A DNA stretch of 64,000 nucleotides from Octopus vulgaris (taxonomy: Eukaryota), in contig OX597817.1 in the NCBI GenBank assembly GCA_951406725.2, positions 66,030,001-66,094,000 of the forward strand. The letters are read 5' to 3'. The notes under the pieces were generated by a model. It did no database searches. It was not told the origin of the DNA and saw only the letters and a list, made by a program, of their open reading frames with translations. The position numbers and the translations under genes are program-made. The number at the start of each line of letters is the position of its first letter. Within the stretch, counting starts at the first letter, position 1. Shown piece after piece: positions 39,274 to 51,967 of the stretch.

Positions 39274-42200
39274 GTATACATATTCAACAGTCTTTTCACT
39301 CTACTGAAATTTAAGTTCTATGTTTTTCTTAATTAGTGATGAAAAGCATCAGCTGTACAAGTATGTCAAATTCTATCAGCTGTAGATTTCTGTAAACAGC
39401 ATACAGTAGCATATATACAGCTATATACACTAGAAAAATGTTTTACAAAAAACTAGCAGTTTGGTTCAGGCTCGAACATCTGGGTGCTTCTGGCTGATGA
39501 GACACATTTCCTAAACCAGTCTCCCAGAATCCCAATGAGCCAAGTGTGTTGAAAACAGTCATCGTAAAAAAGAGAAATTATTCTCCTATGACATACATTA
39601 CAGCAACCATTATATTTGGCATCTGAACCTGTCTGGATGTACTAATCCTTTTGATACCAAGCTGCTTGAGACTGCCCCAAGTTATATAGCATGGACTTAC
39701 TGTTTTAAAATTATCTAAATTATAATCTTCCAACAAAATTTTTTGCTAAATTGTTCCAGGCTTAATAATTAGAAAGTTATTTTACTAAATTCTTCATTAA
39801 AAAAATATATAATTGAAACAAAGGCAGCATATGTTACTACAAATATGATAACAAAAAGGTTAAGAATAAATATGCAAATAATTGTGCCAGATCTCAGTGT
39901 ACACAGTGCAAATGATGTTGTTATACTAAGAGTTAACTAGTAACATGGCTGATACCAAAAATAATTAAATAAAAAAATCAAACTATTTAGAATCCAATTA
40001 TATAGTCCCCACTAAAGTCTGTTACCACTAACTGGATTAACAAAACATTGCAGGTCGATCAGCATAGAATAAAGATTAATGGACCAAAGTATCAATGAAG
40101 GATCATTAGTTTGTTTGTTTGTTTGTTTTGTTTTGTTTTTTTTCCTAAATACTGCACTGTAAACAGTGCAGAGTTTAAGATTGTTCATCTTTGATTAAAC
40201 AATCAAAGTGGAGTTACATCTTTCCATAATAGACCATCCTTATATTGCAAGAAAAAAAGAAAAAAACCCTCTGTAAATATCAAGTATTTTTTTCCTTAAT
40301 AAAAACTCACACATACTCAATATTTTTACCATGCTTCTTCAGGTTAATTTGTCAGATAAATTATCTAATCAAAAACAATGCTCTTATCAAAATAACCTAG
40401 AAAAAAAGTTATCCCCCCCCCAACTTTTTTTTTTCTTGAATTCCCCTAAAATTCATAATCATAATGTATACTATAGAAATACAAGACAGACTGTGGGATT
40501 ATAGACAAACTAGAACAAGACTTTAAATGTAGCAGATGCCCAGAAGTAGTTCATTAAATCAGTAGTTCTTAACCTCTTTTTTTTTTTTTTTTTTTGTAGT
40601 GTCCCTTTTTAAGTAATCATGCCTAGCACCCACCTGAGTGGTGACAGAGGTATCATGACTAAACTAACTTAATGTGGATGATGATTTATAAGTTTTACTC
40701 AAAAAATGGATTGTATAAGCTTTTAACAGTGAAATGATTAAAAATTAATAAAGATGCAAGTTGTAAATTTACTTTATACATTGCAAATTAATGACTTCCT
40801 TATACCTGATAATATCTAGCTAAATTTTCTATATCAGGTTGAGCAACAACATAGATTCTACACAGTTGCTCAACCTAATTTTAGAAAATCACAGCACACT
40901 ACTTATTTCGCCTTTTATTTTAATAACCATCACTAGTTTTATCATGTGTAATATAATTACTACTAAAGGTAAAATTCAGTGTGTTAATTATGTTACCTTA
41001 AAGACTAACATCCCCTTCAACATGCCCAGTGACCCCATGGAGGCAGTACCATCCACTTTGAGAATCTCTGCAATAAATGAACTCTTAAAATACTAGGAAA
41101 GTTCCTTAGAAGTAGCTGAGACTTTCTTTAACTGGTGGGTGTACAATAAGCATAGTGGCAAGCATAAAATGGGGTGGAAAAGTTTAAGGAGCTATTACCT
41201 CTGTTGGCAAAAAAGAAGGGAACCTCTGGGTACAAGGAAGATTATATGATACTTTTGTAAAGAGGGGTATTTCATGGGAGTAAAATATAGGCACTGAATG
41301 TGGCAGATGTGCAAAGACAAGAAAGAAATGAAGTGAGCATGTTCTGCTGTCTATGTAATTTGAGTGTGCATGAATGACACAGCACAAACAAACTAAAAGA
41401 AAAACTGGACATAAGAGGAAATAGCTGTAGAATAAAAAAATAGAAGTTGTATTTGTGTGAATAAGTGAAATGTACAAAGGATGTGAGTTAAGTTAAAAAG
41501 TGCCAAGCAATCCAAACGGAAAGAACCTGCAACAGAAGATGATCAAGGAAGGTACTGGAAGAAGAGATGAAAGCTGGTCAAAAAATGCTGAACTTCAAGA
41601 AGATATTAAAGTATCACAAGTTATGAGATGTTGTTTTGACAAAGACCAACCCAACTCATGCAAGCAATGAAGAAGAGGAGGATAGCCAATTATACCAGCA
41701 CTAATTCCTCCCTAGTACTTATTTTATTGACCTTGAGAGAATGATACCTCAGTGGAATTTGGAATCAGAACTCAAAGAAATATAGCCAAAAACACTCACC
41801 TAATTCTTTCTTCCATAACCTTAAACTTTAATATATTAGATCATTCCATTAGTTATAGCATTATTATATCAAAAGGTATGAGAGTATGGAAGGAAGAGAA
41901 GGGAGAGACAGGTAGAAAAAGATAAACACACAGGCAGAGGGAAGACAATTCACTGAGAGAAAAAAATGAAGAATAGAGAATGAAGAGGAATAATCCTGGC
42001 AAGTGTTTTGACAACATCTTAATGTTTGAAATCTATATATAAACAGAAGTCTCTCCTGATTTTTTTTATCTGTGCTTCTTACCAAAATGTTTTAAATTAT
42101 GAAGTATTTTTTGGTACTATTTCTTACTCCTGTTTGTAAAATATGAATATAATGTTATTCTATCATTCACATTTAGTATACTGGGTTGCAACACCAAAAA

Positions 42201-44038
42201 TTGGACAATAAACACAGAATATTTGTTTGGCAATAAACACAGAATGCTTTTCATCATAGTTTTTATCAATAAGGCTGGTCTGGAAAGAAACAAGATAAAA
42301 TTTGACAAAACTTACTATACTTCAATTGAAGGGAAAATGCCAGTTAAGAAGTATGTATGTTATTACATGCATTTATATATATGTACGTATTGTTCATTTG
42401 TTCAAATGACATCTACTTTACCATGTTAGCATCTACTTAGTTGAGAATTGATTTGAGGCAAGATTTTACAGCTCTTCCTGCTGTCAAGCTTATCCTGTTT
42501 TCAGGTAAGGGATATTTTTATATACCAAATGTGTTCAAAAGTGTCAACAATGAATGTCAACATCAACACTGCTTTGCACAAGTAGTGAAATATCAACATT
42601 CCTGAACATTCACCAATACACCATCATCAACATCATCCTTTAACATCTGTTTTCCATGCTGGCATGGGTTGGCTGGTTTGACAGGAGCTAGTAGGACCAG
42701 GAGCTACACCACTCTTTATTGTCTGTTTTGGTGTGGTTTCTATGGCTGGATGCCCTGCCTAATGCCAACCACTTTACAGAGTGTACTGGGTGCATTTCAT
42801 ATGAACATCAGCACCAGCACCCACCCACACATATATACACACACACACGCATGCACACACACACACACACACACGTGGCACCAAAACTAATGCACCCATG
42901 TGACACCAGCACTGACAGGGTTGCCAAGCATCCTGCAAGAAAAATTCCTATAGCTAGGAGAGGGGAGCAGCACCTAAGAGGTGGGTGGCCCTGTGCCAGC
43001 CAACAAGAGATCAAAGGCAGAGAGAGACAAAGATAGTGTCCTGCTGTAGAGCAGACACATGGGGATCCCAGTTGGAAAATAAAGGAGGGTGAGCCAGAGG
43101 GCAATAGTGAAAGAGATGGTGAAAAAGACGCACTGGGACATACCCGAGGGACACTAGAGGCACTGAGAACAAGCAAGATAACATGGAGGCCCAAGTCACA
43201 CAAGTGGGCAGGATAGTGGTAACTGTGGCAAATGACGGAGTGAAATACAGAAGAGGTGCAGGGAGTGGGGCTGCAGCAGACACATGAGAGCACAGAGGGT
43301 GATAGCAGATAAGCTAGGCATTAACCACACAGGAGAGAGAAAGTTTAAGAAAAGAGATAACAGGTAGAGACAGCAGGTGGAGGAAGACAATGGGAAATGG
43401 AGGTGGTTCGAGGGAGGGGAAGGAAGGCAACTAAGAAAGCTGGAGTGGAGGAGAAAGCAGGTGGAGTGGGATTACACACATGCACACACACACACACACA
43501 CATATGGAAAGCTTAATAAAGTTTCTGTCAATCAAATTCACTCACAAGGCATTGGTTAGCTTGGGGCATCCCAAGATGCTGAGCATTGGAGCAGTAGGGA
43601 CTGAACCCAAAACTACATGGTTTCAAAGTGAACTTCTTAACCACACAATCATGTCTGCACCAATATGTGTGTGTGTGCATGCATGTATTCACTGCTTATA
43701 GTTCTGTGTTCAAGTCTTTGCATGATTCATTGCACTTGTTGGCATTCAACAATTAATTGCTTTTATTCTATTCTTCCCTAATTCATAAATGCACCCTTGC
43801 AAGAGGTGCATACTCACAACTGTCATCCAGCAGGTCTACTTATAGTGATCAAAGTACAACCCTAAGTAGCAGTTTTCCCTTTTCCCTAAAAAATCCCACA
43901 AAAAATGGATTTTGTAACTACTTAGTTGAATTTGTGGGTCATCAGCATATATTTGTACAGCTGTGGATCAGAGTTGCCTAATGCCAGCAACATGTGTAAA
44001 ATAAGCACAAATTTGATGTTAAAGAAATCCTCACTTAC

Positions 44039-44073
44039 CTCTTGGTGGGACAAAATCTGGCGAATAGATGTTC
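44039..44073 (-). CDS. ADHFE1: Probable ADHFE1 exon 2 (NIYSPDFVPPR)
   Basis: Strong acceptor TTCTCTTTTTCAG and donor GAG|GTAAGT. The 35 nt with phases 2/1 bridge exon 1 (phase 2) and exon 3 (phase 1) without a stop. No protein-similarity support. Confidence 0.65.
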
Positions 44074-44725
44074 CTGAAAAAGAGAATAATAAAACTTCTT
44101 TAGAATATTTTAGTTGGTTGTTATGATTATTTGTTTGATTATGTTTATTTTTTTCTAACAAAAACATCATCAATGTTGTTATTGCAATCTTCATTTGCAA
44201 GATAGTTAATTACCATCAACATTTATAGGAATACAAAATAAAACCTATGTTCATTGGTATTCTTGTTGTGACCATCCTGTCCTTTTAGTAATAACTATGA
44301 CAATATCTAATGTGTCCTTTCCTTTTCAAAACAGTAAAATATGATTTGAGGGAAATCTAGTTGCTTTTTCTAGCAGGTGAAACAACCATACAATGGATCC
44401 CTCATTGGTTTGCACATATTTTTGTATCATTTTATGTCTGCATTGTGATTAGCAATATGAAACACTAGTTTCCAGTCAAGCCAACAAGAAAGTTAAAACA
44501 AACACAGAAATTTCTAAATTGTTGATTGATCTGTTCAATATAGCAGCCAAAATAAATGGAAATGTCAGTCAAATGTTTTGTTTGGTCAACCACCATTATG
44601 CCATAGACCTGATACAAAACTGATTGGAGCCACTTCAAAAATAAATCTTCTACATCATCACTACCATAATGAGAAATTTTTTAAATAGCTGCAAGGACTC
44701 AATGATTTGAGAGAGCAAGAACAGT

Positions 44726-44858
44726 CAATTTGCCAAGCATCCCGCAATTTACCAAGCATCCTGCAATTTGCCAATCATCCCGCAATTTGCCAAGCATCCC
44801 ACAATTTGCCAAGCATCCTGCAATTTGCCAAGCATCCCGCAATTTGCCAAGCATCCCA
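44726..44858. repeat. Minisatellite, 7 x 19 bp (CAATTTGCCAAGCATCCCG)
   Basis: Seven contiguous near-identical units read directly. Confidence 0.9.
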
Positions 44859-45159
44859 CTTTATTTAACTGTTATTTTATTTTATTGATCTTTGTGGAAG
44901 AAAAAGACAATCAACTTCAACAGAATTTGAACTTAGAACATAACAGTCCATAACTAAATACCAGGTGGAGCAGGTTATCTCAGATTACACTGTATATATA
45001 TTTTTGCCAGAAATTTTTAAGAAAAAAGTTATAGAGGTTTTAAAGTTTGATCATTTTTACCCAGTCAGGAAATAGGGCTTGGGAGCTGTTATTTTGTGCG
45101 TAACTGCACAAGTTGTCAACATATTGAAAATAGCACGTGTTTTAATATAGAACTGTAAA

Positions 45160-45322
45160 CAGGTGTGGCTGTGTGGTAAGAAGCTTGCTTTCCAACCACA
45201 TGGTTCTGAGTTCAGTCCAACTGCATGGCACATGTCTTCTACTATAGCTTCAGGCCAACCAAAGCCTTGTGAGGTGAGTGAATTTGATAGACTTGATAGA
45301 CAGAAACTGAAAGAAGCCCATC

Positions 45323-45367
<45 letters not shown>

Positions 45368-45561
45368 ATCCAAGCATGAAAACACAAAGAGAAAACACAA
45401 CAACGCGAGGACGTGGAACAAATATAGTATTATTGGATGCTCAGGAAAGAAGGAGGGTTTAACGTTTCGAGCGGAGCTCTTCGTCAGAAACATAGGAGAA
45501 GGAAAGATCCAGAGAAGGGAAGACAGAGGAAAAAAAAATCGCCAACGGTACACACGCGGTC

Positions 45562-45602
<41 letters not shown>

Positions 45603-45817
45603 TTATATGTGTGTGTGTATGTGTGTATGTGTGTTTGTCACCTCACCATTGCTTGACAACTGATGTTGGTATGTTTACATCCCCATAATTTAGCAGTTCA
45701 GCAAAAGAGACAATAGAATAAGTACTAGGCTTACAAAGAATAAGTCCTGGGGTTGATTTGTTCAACTTAAGGTGGTACTCCAACATAGCCACAGTCAAAT
45801 AACTGAAATAAGTAAAA
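45160..45817 (+). mobile_element. tRNA-derived SINE with an internal (TA)n/(TG)n tract, split by a nested 200-bp insertion
   Basis: Head GGTGTGGCTGTGTGGTAAGAAGCTTGC...GAGTTCAGTCC and tail ACTGAAATAAGTAAAAGA. Same family as 59005-59381. Confidence 0.75.
45457..45491 (-). ncRNA. Minimal type I hammerhead ribozyme
   Basis: Minus strand reads GUUU-CUGACGA-A-GAGC(UCC)GCUC-GAAA-CG-UU-AAAC: stem I 4 bp, stem II 4 bp, palindromic stem III (ACGU), intact core. Confidence 0.8.
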
Positions 45818-47565
45818 GAATAATGGCATTTTGCCCAACATACTAACAATTTTACCAATCCAAGACACAAACCCACACATTAGGGAGAGAAGTATAATTG
45901 AATAAACTAAGAATAATATTTGCTGGTATATATTTTACTAACAGTAGGAGAATAAAAGGCAATGGCAACATTGGAAGAATTTGAACAAAGAATGATAGAG
46001 GGACCAAGCTAAATACAAGAAGGTGTTTAACAGCTACTCTATCAAGTTTGTCATTATTTAATAATAAATTCATTGAGTACCTTTCAATGGGCCAGAAGAT
46101 GAATCAGTATTAATTTCAGAGTTAATGTTGAATATCACAGGATTTGCATTATCATTTATAAAATATGGAAATATTTTATGCATAAATGTTTGTCAATTGA
46201 GTTTATTGAATACAGGTTGGATTTATGAATATTAAATTAGGTTAAAGATTATTTAACATCATCATTTTTTACATTGTAAATCTTAAGACAATACCCTTGC
46301 AATAAAAGTAGTAATATTACAGTTAAAAATGTGTTTTTATCTTCTATTTTAGTTTCATTCACATCAGGAATCTTTGTAAGAATATTAAATCAATCACTAC
46401 TTGGCTGGGCTGATACTTTATTTTAATCAACTCGGGAAAGATAAAACTGATCTCTGCAGGATTTGAACTTGCAATATAAAAAGCTATAACTAAATACTAC
46501 AAACATTTTGAACAACACTCCAGTATTGTTCAAAATACCATGTCTTGATGTTCATACTCTCAACAACATCAGTTTCCAATTTGGTGTGTCTTTGTAGCTC
46601 TTTCCTTATCTTGTAGGTTTTCTGCAATTATATCAATGAATGTTCTCAGAGAAAAGCAAATGGATATCAACCAATGCTTTGCTCAGTTTCTAACAAGTAA
46701 AAATCTACAACTTTTGCATGAAGGGTATCATTGACTTTGTAGTAACTATCTCATGCAGAGATGGACTTTATTCATATCATAATGACATGACTATGACACA
46801 ATTTCATGCATTCAACTTCACTTTACAAGTGAATTGTTTGAATAAACTTTCACCAACAAATCAGCAATTAGTATTCTGTACATTTTCCTGCATTCCTAAT
46901 CAGCAGGAAGGTGGCGAGTTGTCAGTCATTACAGCATTGGATACAATGCCTCATGATAGTCTATCTCTCTGCAGTCTGAGTTCAAATCCTGCCGAGATCA
47001 ATTTTGCCTTTCATCTTTTCACAGTACTGATGAAATACCAACCCAGGACAATAGAGTGGCAGGTGTGTAAAGAGTTGAGTGAGATGCCTTGTAATATCTG
47101 TTCTGAGAGTAACACTTGCAATGACACTGTTGTTATCCAATAGAAAGGTTTCAAGTTTGCACTGATACTTCTGTATTGATGCAAACTGGTATAACAGCAG
47201 TGGAGTGAAGAAGGGTAACTTGGATGCATGGGCAACTGCTAATCTTTCTCAAAAAAGCCTGGCCATGCCTGCACATATATGTGCAGATGTTTGAACAAGT
47301 TTGTCCAACAGAAATCCTCTAGTAATCAATAAGAGTAATAATTTCACATATTTTGTTGCTCAAAGAAATTATATTTAACAAATACTCCCACTACAAAGGT
47401 GCTACTTGTGGAAACAGAAGAAAAGAATATTCTAGATTCTTCATCCATAAGACTAGTTTTAGTTGAACTGCAATGTCACTCATTGTGAACTTTTCTACTC
47501 TTCGAACTTAACAATCTGACTTTATCAGGATTACAAATTACACACACATACACAAAGCAACATTT

Positions 47566-47616
<51 letters not shown>

Positions 47617-47618
<2 letters not shown>

Positions 47619-48339
47619 TCTGGTATGGTCATGTGACGAGAATGGCTGAAGATAGTTGTGTGCAAAAGTGCCACATCCTAGAAGTTGAGGGAACCTGTGG
47701 AAGAGGTAGACCCAGGAAAACCTGGGACGAGGTGGTAAAGCATGACCTTCGAACTTTAGGTCTCACCAAGGAAATGACTAGAGACCAAGACCTATGGAAG
47801 TATGCTGTGCATGAGAAGACCCGGCAAGACTAGTGAGACCATAACCCGTGGCCTCTGCCTGGTATGTAGCCAGTCGACTTATACATACCTTTCCTTCTTG
47901 GGACACAAAATTCCACTTGTGAAGACCCGTTGAGGCAAGTGAAAATCAAATCAGATATCAGAAAGCAGAACCAAAATCGAAGTCGATCAACATCAATGGA
48001 AATTGTGGCTGTGATACCAGTGCCGGTGACAAGTAAGCGAACCATCCAATCATAGCCGTTGCCAGCACCGCCCCAACTGGCCTCCGTGCCAGTGACACGT
48101 AAAAAACACCATCCGTCCGGGGCTGTTTGCCAGCTCTGTCTGGCACCTGTGCGGGTGGCACGTAAAAAGCACCCACTACACTCACGGATTGGTTGGCGTT
48201 AGGAAGGGCATCCAGCCGTAGAAACACTGCCAGATCAGACTGGGCCTGATGCAGCCTTCTGGCTTCACAGACCCCAGTTGAACCGTCCAGCCCATGCTAG
48301 CATGGAAAGCGGACGCTAAACGACGATGATGATGATGAT
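47617..48339 (+). mobile_element. Young, CpG-retaining, 5'-truncated RTE-type LINE inserted in a microsatellite
   Basis: LWYGHVTRM...VEGTCGRGRPRKTWDEVVKHDL ORF end, 3' UTR and (GAT)n tail; flanked by (GT)n and (TA)n. Confidence 0.85.
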
Positions 48340-51300
48340 ATATATATACATATACATATATAAAGAAATATAAGGCACTGTGTGGTTAAGAATTATGTTT
48401 CCTCACCATGTACTTTCAGGTTCAGTCCCAGTGTATGGCACCTCAAAACTTTGCAAGCAGATTTTGAAGACAGAGACTAAAACAAAATGACTGTGTGTAT
48501 GTGCATATGTGTTTGTATGTATGTGTGTATATGTATGAGAGTGTGTATGCATGTGAATGTGTGTGCATATGTGTCCTCTTGTCTTGACATTGTGTCACCA
48601 TCTTGTGAGTGTCATTCTTTTCTAATCTTTCATGGAAAACATGTTTTGCCATGGGGAAATATCTGGCTTGGAAACAGGAAAGGATTGGGAACAGAAAAGA
48701 TATCCAGCTGTAGAAAACCTGTCTCAAATAATTCCATCTGACACATGAAAGAATGGAAAAGTGAACTTTAAAATAATGAGGTGATATATAAAAAAAATTA
48801 ATAAATAGTTTAAATACTAATAGAAGTTTAAAATAAAAACAGATTTAGTAACATAAATGAGAGAAGAAAAGCAAAGAATTTGTTAAATATATTTAAACAC
48901 ATACTGTGACCTCTGACATAACCAAGTTGTATCTGATGTTTAACCTCTTGAGAGATTGGTAGCTGCCTTTCTGTATTATGCTGGCAGATTAGAATACCAA
49001 AAAAATCAAGGTCATTTCTTTAAATAAAAATTAATTTTTTCATCTATTATTTTTTATTTTTATTAATTAATTAGCTAAATCAATTAAATAGTCATATTTC
49101 TGACATGACCTACTGCATTAACCTTAAGTGATTTTTAATAGAGTATATATTCTGATCAATTGAGAGTGTCATATTTTACAGTTATTATCAAAAGCTACTA
49201 AGAAAATAATCTGACACAATCTTTAGCACATTGCACAAAATGCTAATCGAAATGCTTATCTTTGCTCCTTACATTCTGAGTTCAAATTCCATTGAAATAG
49301 ACTTTGCCTTTTATCCTTTCAGGGTTGATAAAATAAGGACCAATTGAGCACTAAGGTCAATGTAATATACTAGGCCCATCCCCCAAAATTTCAGACCTTA
49401 TGCCTATAGTAGAAAGGATTATTAAAAGTTACTTTATCTCTAAAAGGTAGATCAGTGCCCATAGCCTTTTGAAACCCTATCAGTTTAGTAAGGTCAATAT
49501 GGTTGATATTAAGCTTAAATTTCTACAGTTTGATACATGTAGTGAAAACATAGCAGGGAGGAAGTTTCAGATTGTTGATATAGAAGAATAGGTTTAATGA
49601 AGACACTTAATACAGTATTTGGGGATGAGAAACAAAAGATTGGTGAACTAAGAAAGCTTTGGTGTAGGTGGTATAAAGCTTGAGAGTTCATAGAGTCAAA
49701 ACTGCTTTTTTAATGACCTGGTCTAGAGGAAAGGCTTGTGCCCAAAACTTTCATAGGTTCTCTGAGACAGTGAAGCCGACATGGTTTGTGTTCCTCATGA
49801 ACAGTTGCAAGATGGCAGCTACTGGAGAAAAATGTGTGAAGAAAGAATTATAAAAGATCGATATTGTGGAGTAGAAAGACTAAGCATAGTGGTTAATGCA
49901 AAGTGTGAGGAAGAGGAGACAGTATGGATGGATTAGAATAATAGACATAGAGAAGACACATCAGTGTGCTAATAGTTAATCCTTACTAATGAGTGAAGAT
50001 CTGCCAATAAGTTGGGTGGCAGCAGCTGCAGTAGCAATAGTAGTAACAGCAGCAGCAACTACTACTAGCAGCCATCTCAGACGCATGAACCGATGTGATA
50101 TCACAGACATTTAAACCCATGTGCCTTGTATTGGGTCAGCCCTGCAAGTAGTTAAACCTGGTAACAAATTAAGACTACCAACAAAGAACAAGTACAGCTC
50201 ATTGGTGCAGTTTCCATCACCTCAATTTCACTCACAAACCTTAAGTTGACTATGGAAAACGAGGTACTAAACACTTGAATCCAACCAGGAACCACTTGAT
50301 TGCAAAGCTGTGCCTGCAATAATGTTTTGCACTATGTTCTGAGTTCAATTCCAACCAAAGTCATCTATACATTCAAAGTTAAAATCATTAATAGTAATAT
50401 TTGGAGGTCTATTTTTGTTCTACAAATGTACTGTCTGTCATTTATTTATTTATTTATTCAATTACACATCCTCCAAATACTTTGAAGCATACATATCTTG
50501 ACATATATGCCTGGTTACATTTGATATATGTTATATCATTGATTTCAAAAACATATATATGTTGTTGAAATTGACTGAGCAGATCTACAATCAGATATGT
50601 TCCAGTCAAGATCATTGAATCTCTTTAGGGTATCTACGTCTATATTATCCAATACAGTCTTTCCCTTTTTTTGACAGAAGTGTGTAATTTGACAACTATT
50701 TTTAGCAAACTACATCATCATGAACAGGCTTCCTCATTTTGTCCAAATACATTCAGGTAACTTAAATGTATACACTATTTTTATTTGGAAGAAATAAGTA
50801 GTCAGACAGGAGTAGGGCCAGCAAAGATTTTACTGGGAAATGCCATGAAGAGGCTCAGTCTAACCTGGGGCATTGTGTGTGTGTGTGATCATCATGACCA
50901 TCATTTCATGTCCATTTTCCATGCTGGCATGCGTTGGATGGTTTGACAGGAGCTGGCAAGTTGGAGCACTGCACCAGACTTCAATTGTCTGTCTTGACAT
51001 GGTTTCTACAGCTGGTTTTTTCCTAATGCCAACCACTTTACAGAGAGTACTGGATACTTTTTAGGAAGCACCGGCTCCAGTGCTTTATATGTAGCACCAA
51101 CATGGGTGATTTTTATGTGGAAGCAACATAGATGCTTCTGATGTGGCACCAGCATGAGTGTTTCTTATGTGACACCAGCACAGGCACGTTTTATGTGACA
51201 CCAGCACAGGTGCTTTTCATATGGCACTAGAATGGGTGCTTTTTACGTGGTACCAGCACCCAAAAGCTTGCAAGACAAGGACGTCTCAGCTGAGAGAGGA

Positions 51301-51547
51301 AGCAGAACTGAGAGATTATAGTATGATAGAAAGACAAAGGAAGTCCTCTTACAATTGAAAAGATATTCGGCTAGCTCAGTAAGATATAGAGAAAGAGGAA
51401 GGTGGGAGAGAGTTAGAGATAAAGGGAAGTCAAAGTGTGAGAGGAGGGCTTACCCACAGGGAACAGTAGGTGTAGTATAAGTAGTACAGAGTGGATAGAG
51501 GAGGATGTTCTACAAGAGTGTGAGTGGGGTGTTTAGAGATAGCAGTG

Positions 51548-51709
51548 ACGTTGAGAGGAATTGGAGTGGCTGTAGAGATAACAAGTGATTGAGAGAAGAG
51601 CTGGATTGGCTGGGAGTTGGGTTCAGCAACGTTGAGAGGAATTGGAGTGGCTGTAGAGATAACAAGTGATTGAGAGAAGAGCTGGATTGGCTGGGAGCTG
51701 GGTTCAGCA
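51548..51709. repeat. Tandem duplication, 2 x 81 bp
   Basis: ACGTTGAGAGGAATTGG...GGGTTCAGCA repeated with one visible substitution. Confidence 0.9.
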
Positions 51710-51967
51710 ATTACTTGATTTAGTGAGAAACTGAAAAAAAAAACAATTTGATGAACATGTTTTCTGAGATAGAAAGGTGTAGTGAATAAACAAATTTATA
51801 TATGAATATGCTCAGGATAAAAGGAAAGCAATTACCAAAATGTACTTATTTCCTTTTAGGATGACAGAGTTTCAATGAGAACAATTCAGTGAAGAAGACT
51901 ATCAAAGAATTTTTAGGAAGGGACAAGGTCTCAGATTTATAAGGATCTTCTTTCATCAGTGATATTA

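Noticed and set aside
42669-43701. Cluster of overlapping ORFs up to 161 aa
   Set aside because: They arise from microsatellites and purine-rich repeat sequence, have low complexity and show no protein motifs.
44726-44858. CRISPR-like array
   Set aside because: Units are contiguous with no unique spacers, the context is eukaryotic, and there are no cas genes.
51925-51962. Second HHR on the minus strand (CUGAUGA at about 51952-51958) beside the 470-bp unit
   Set aside because: No GAAA box or consistent stems follow; treated as chance. The same applies to CUGAUGA hits near 5920, 36400 and 47027.
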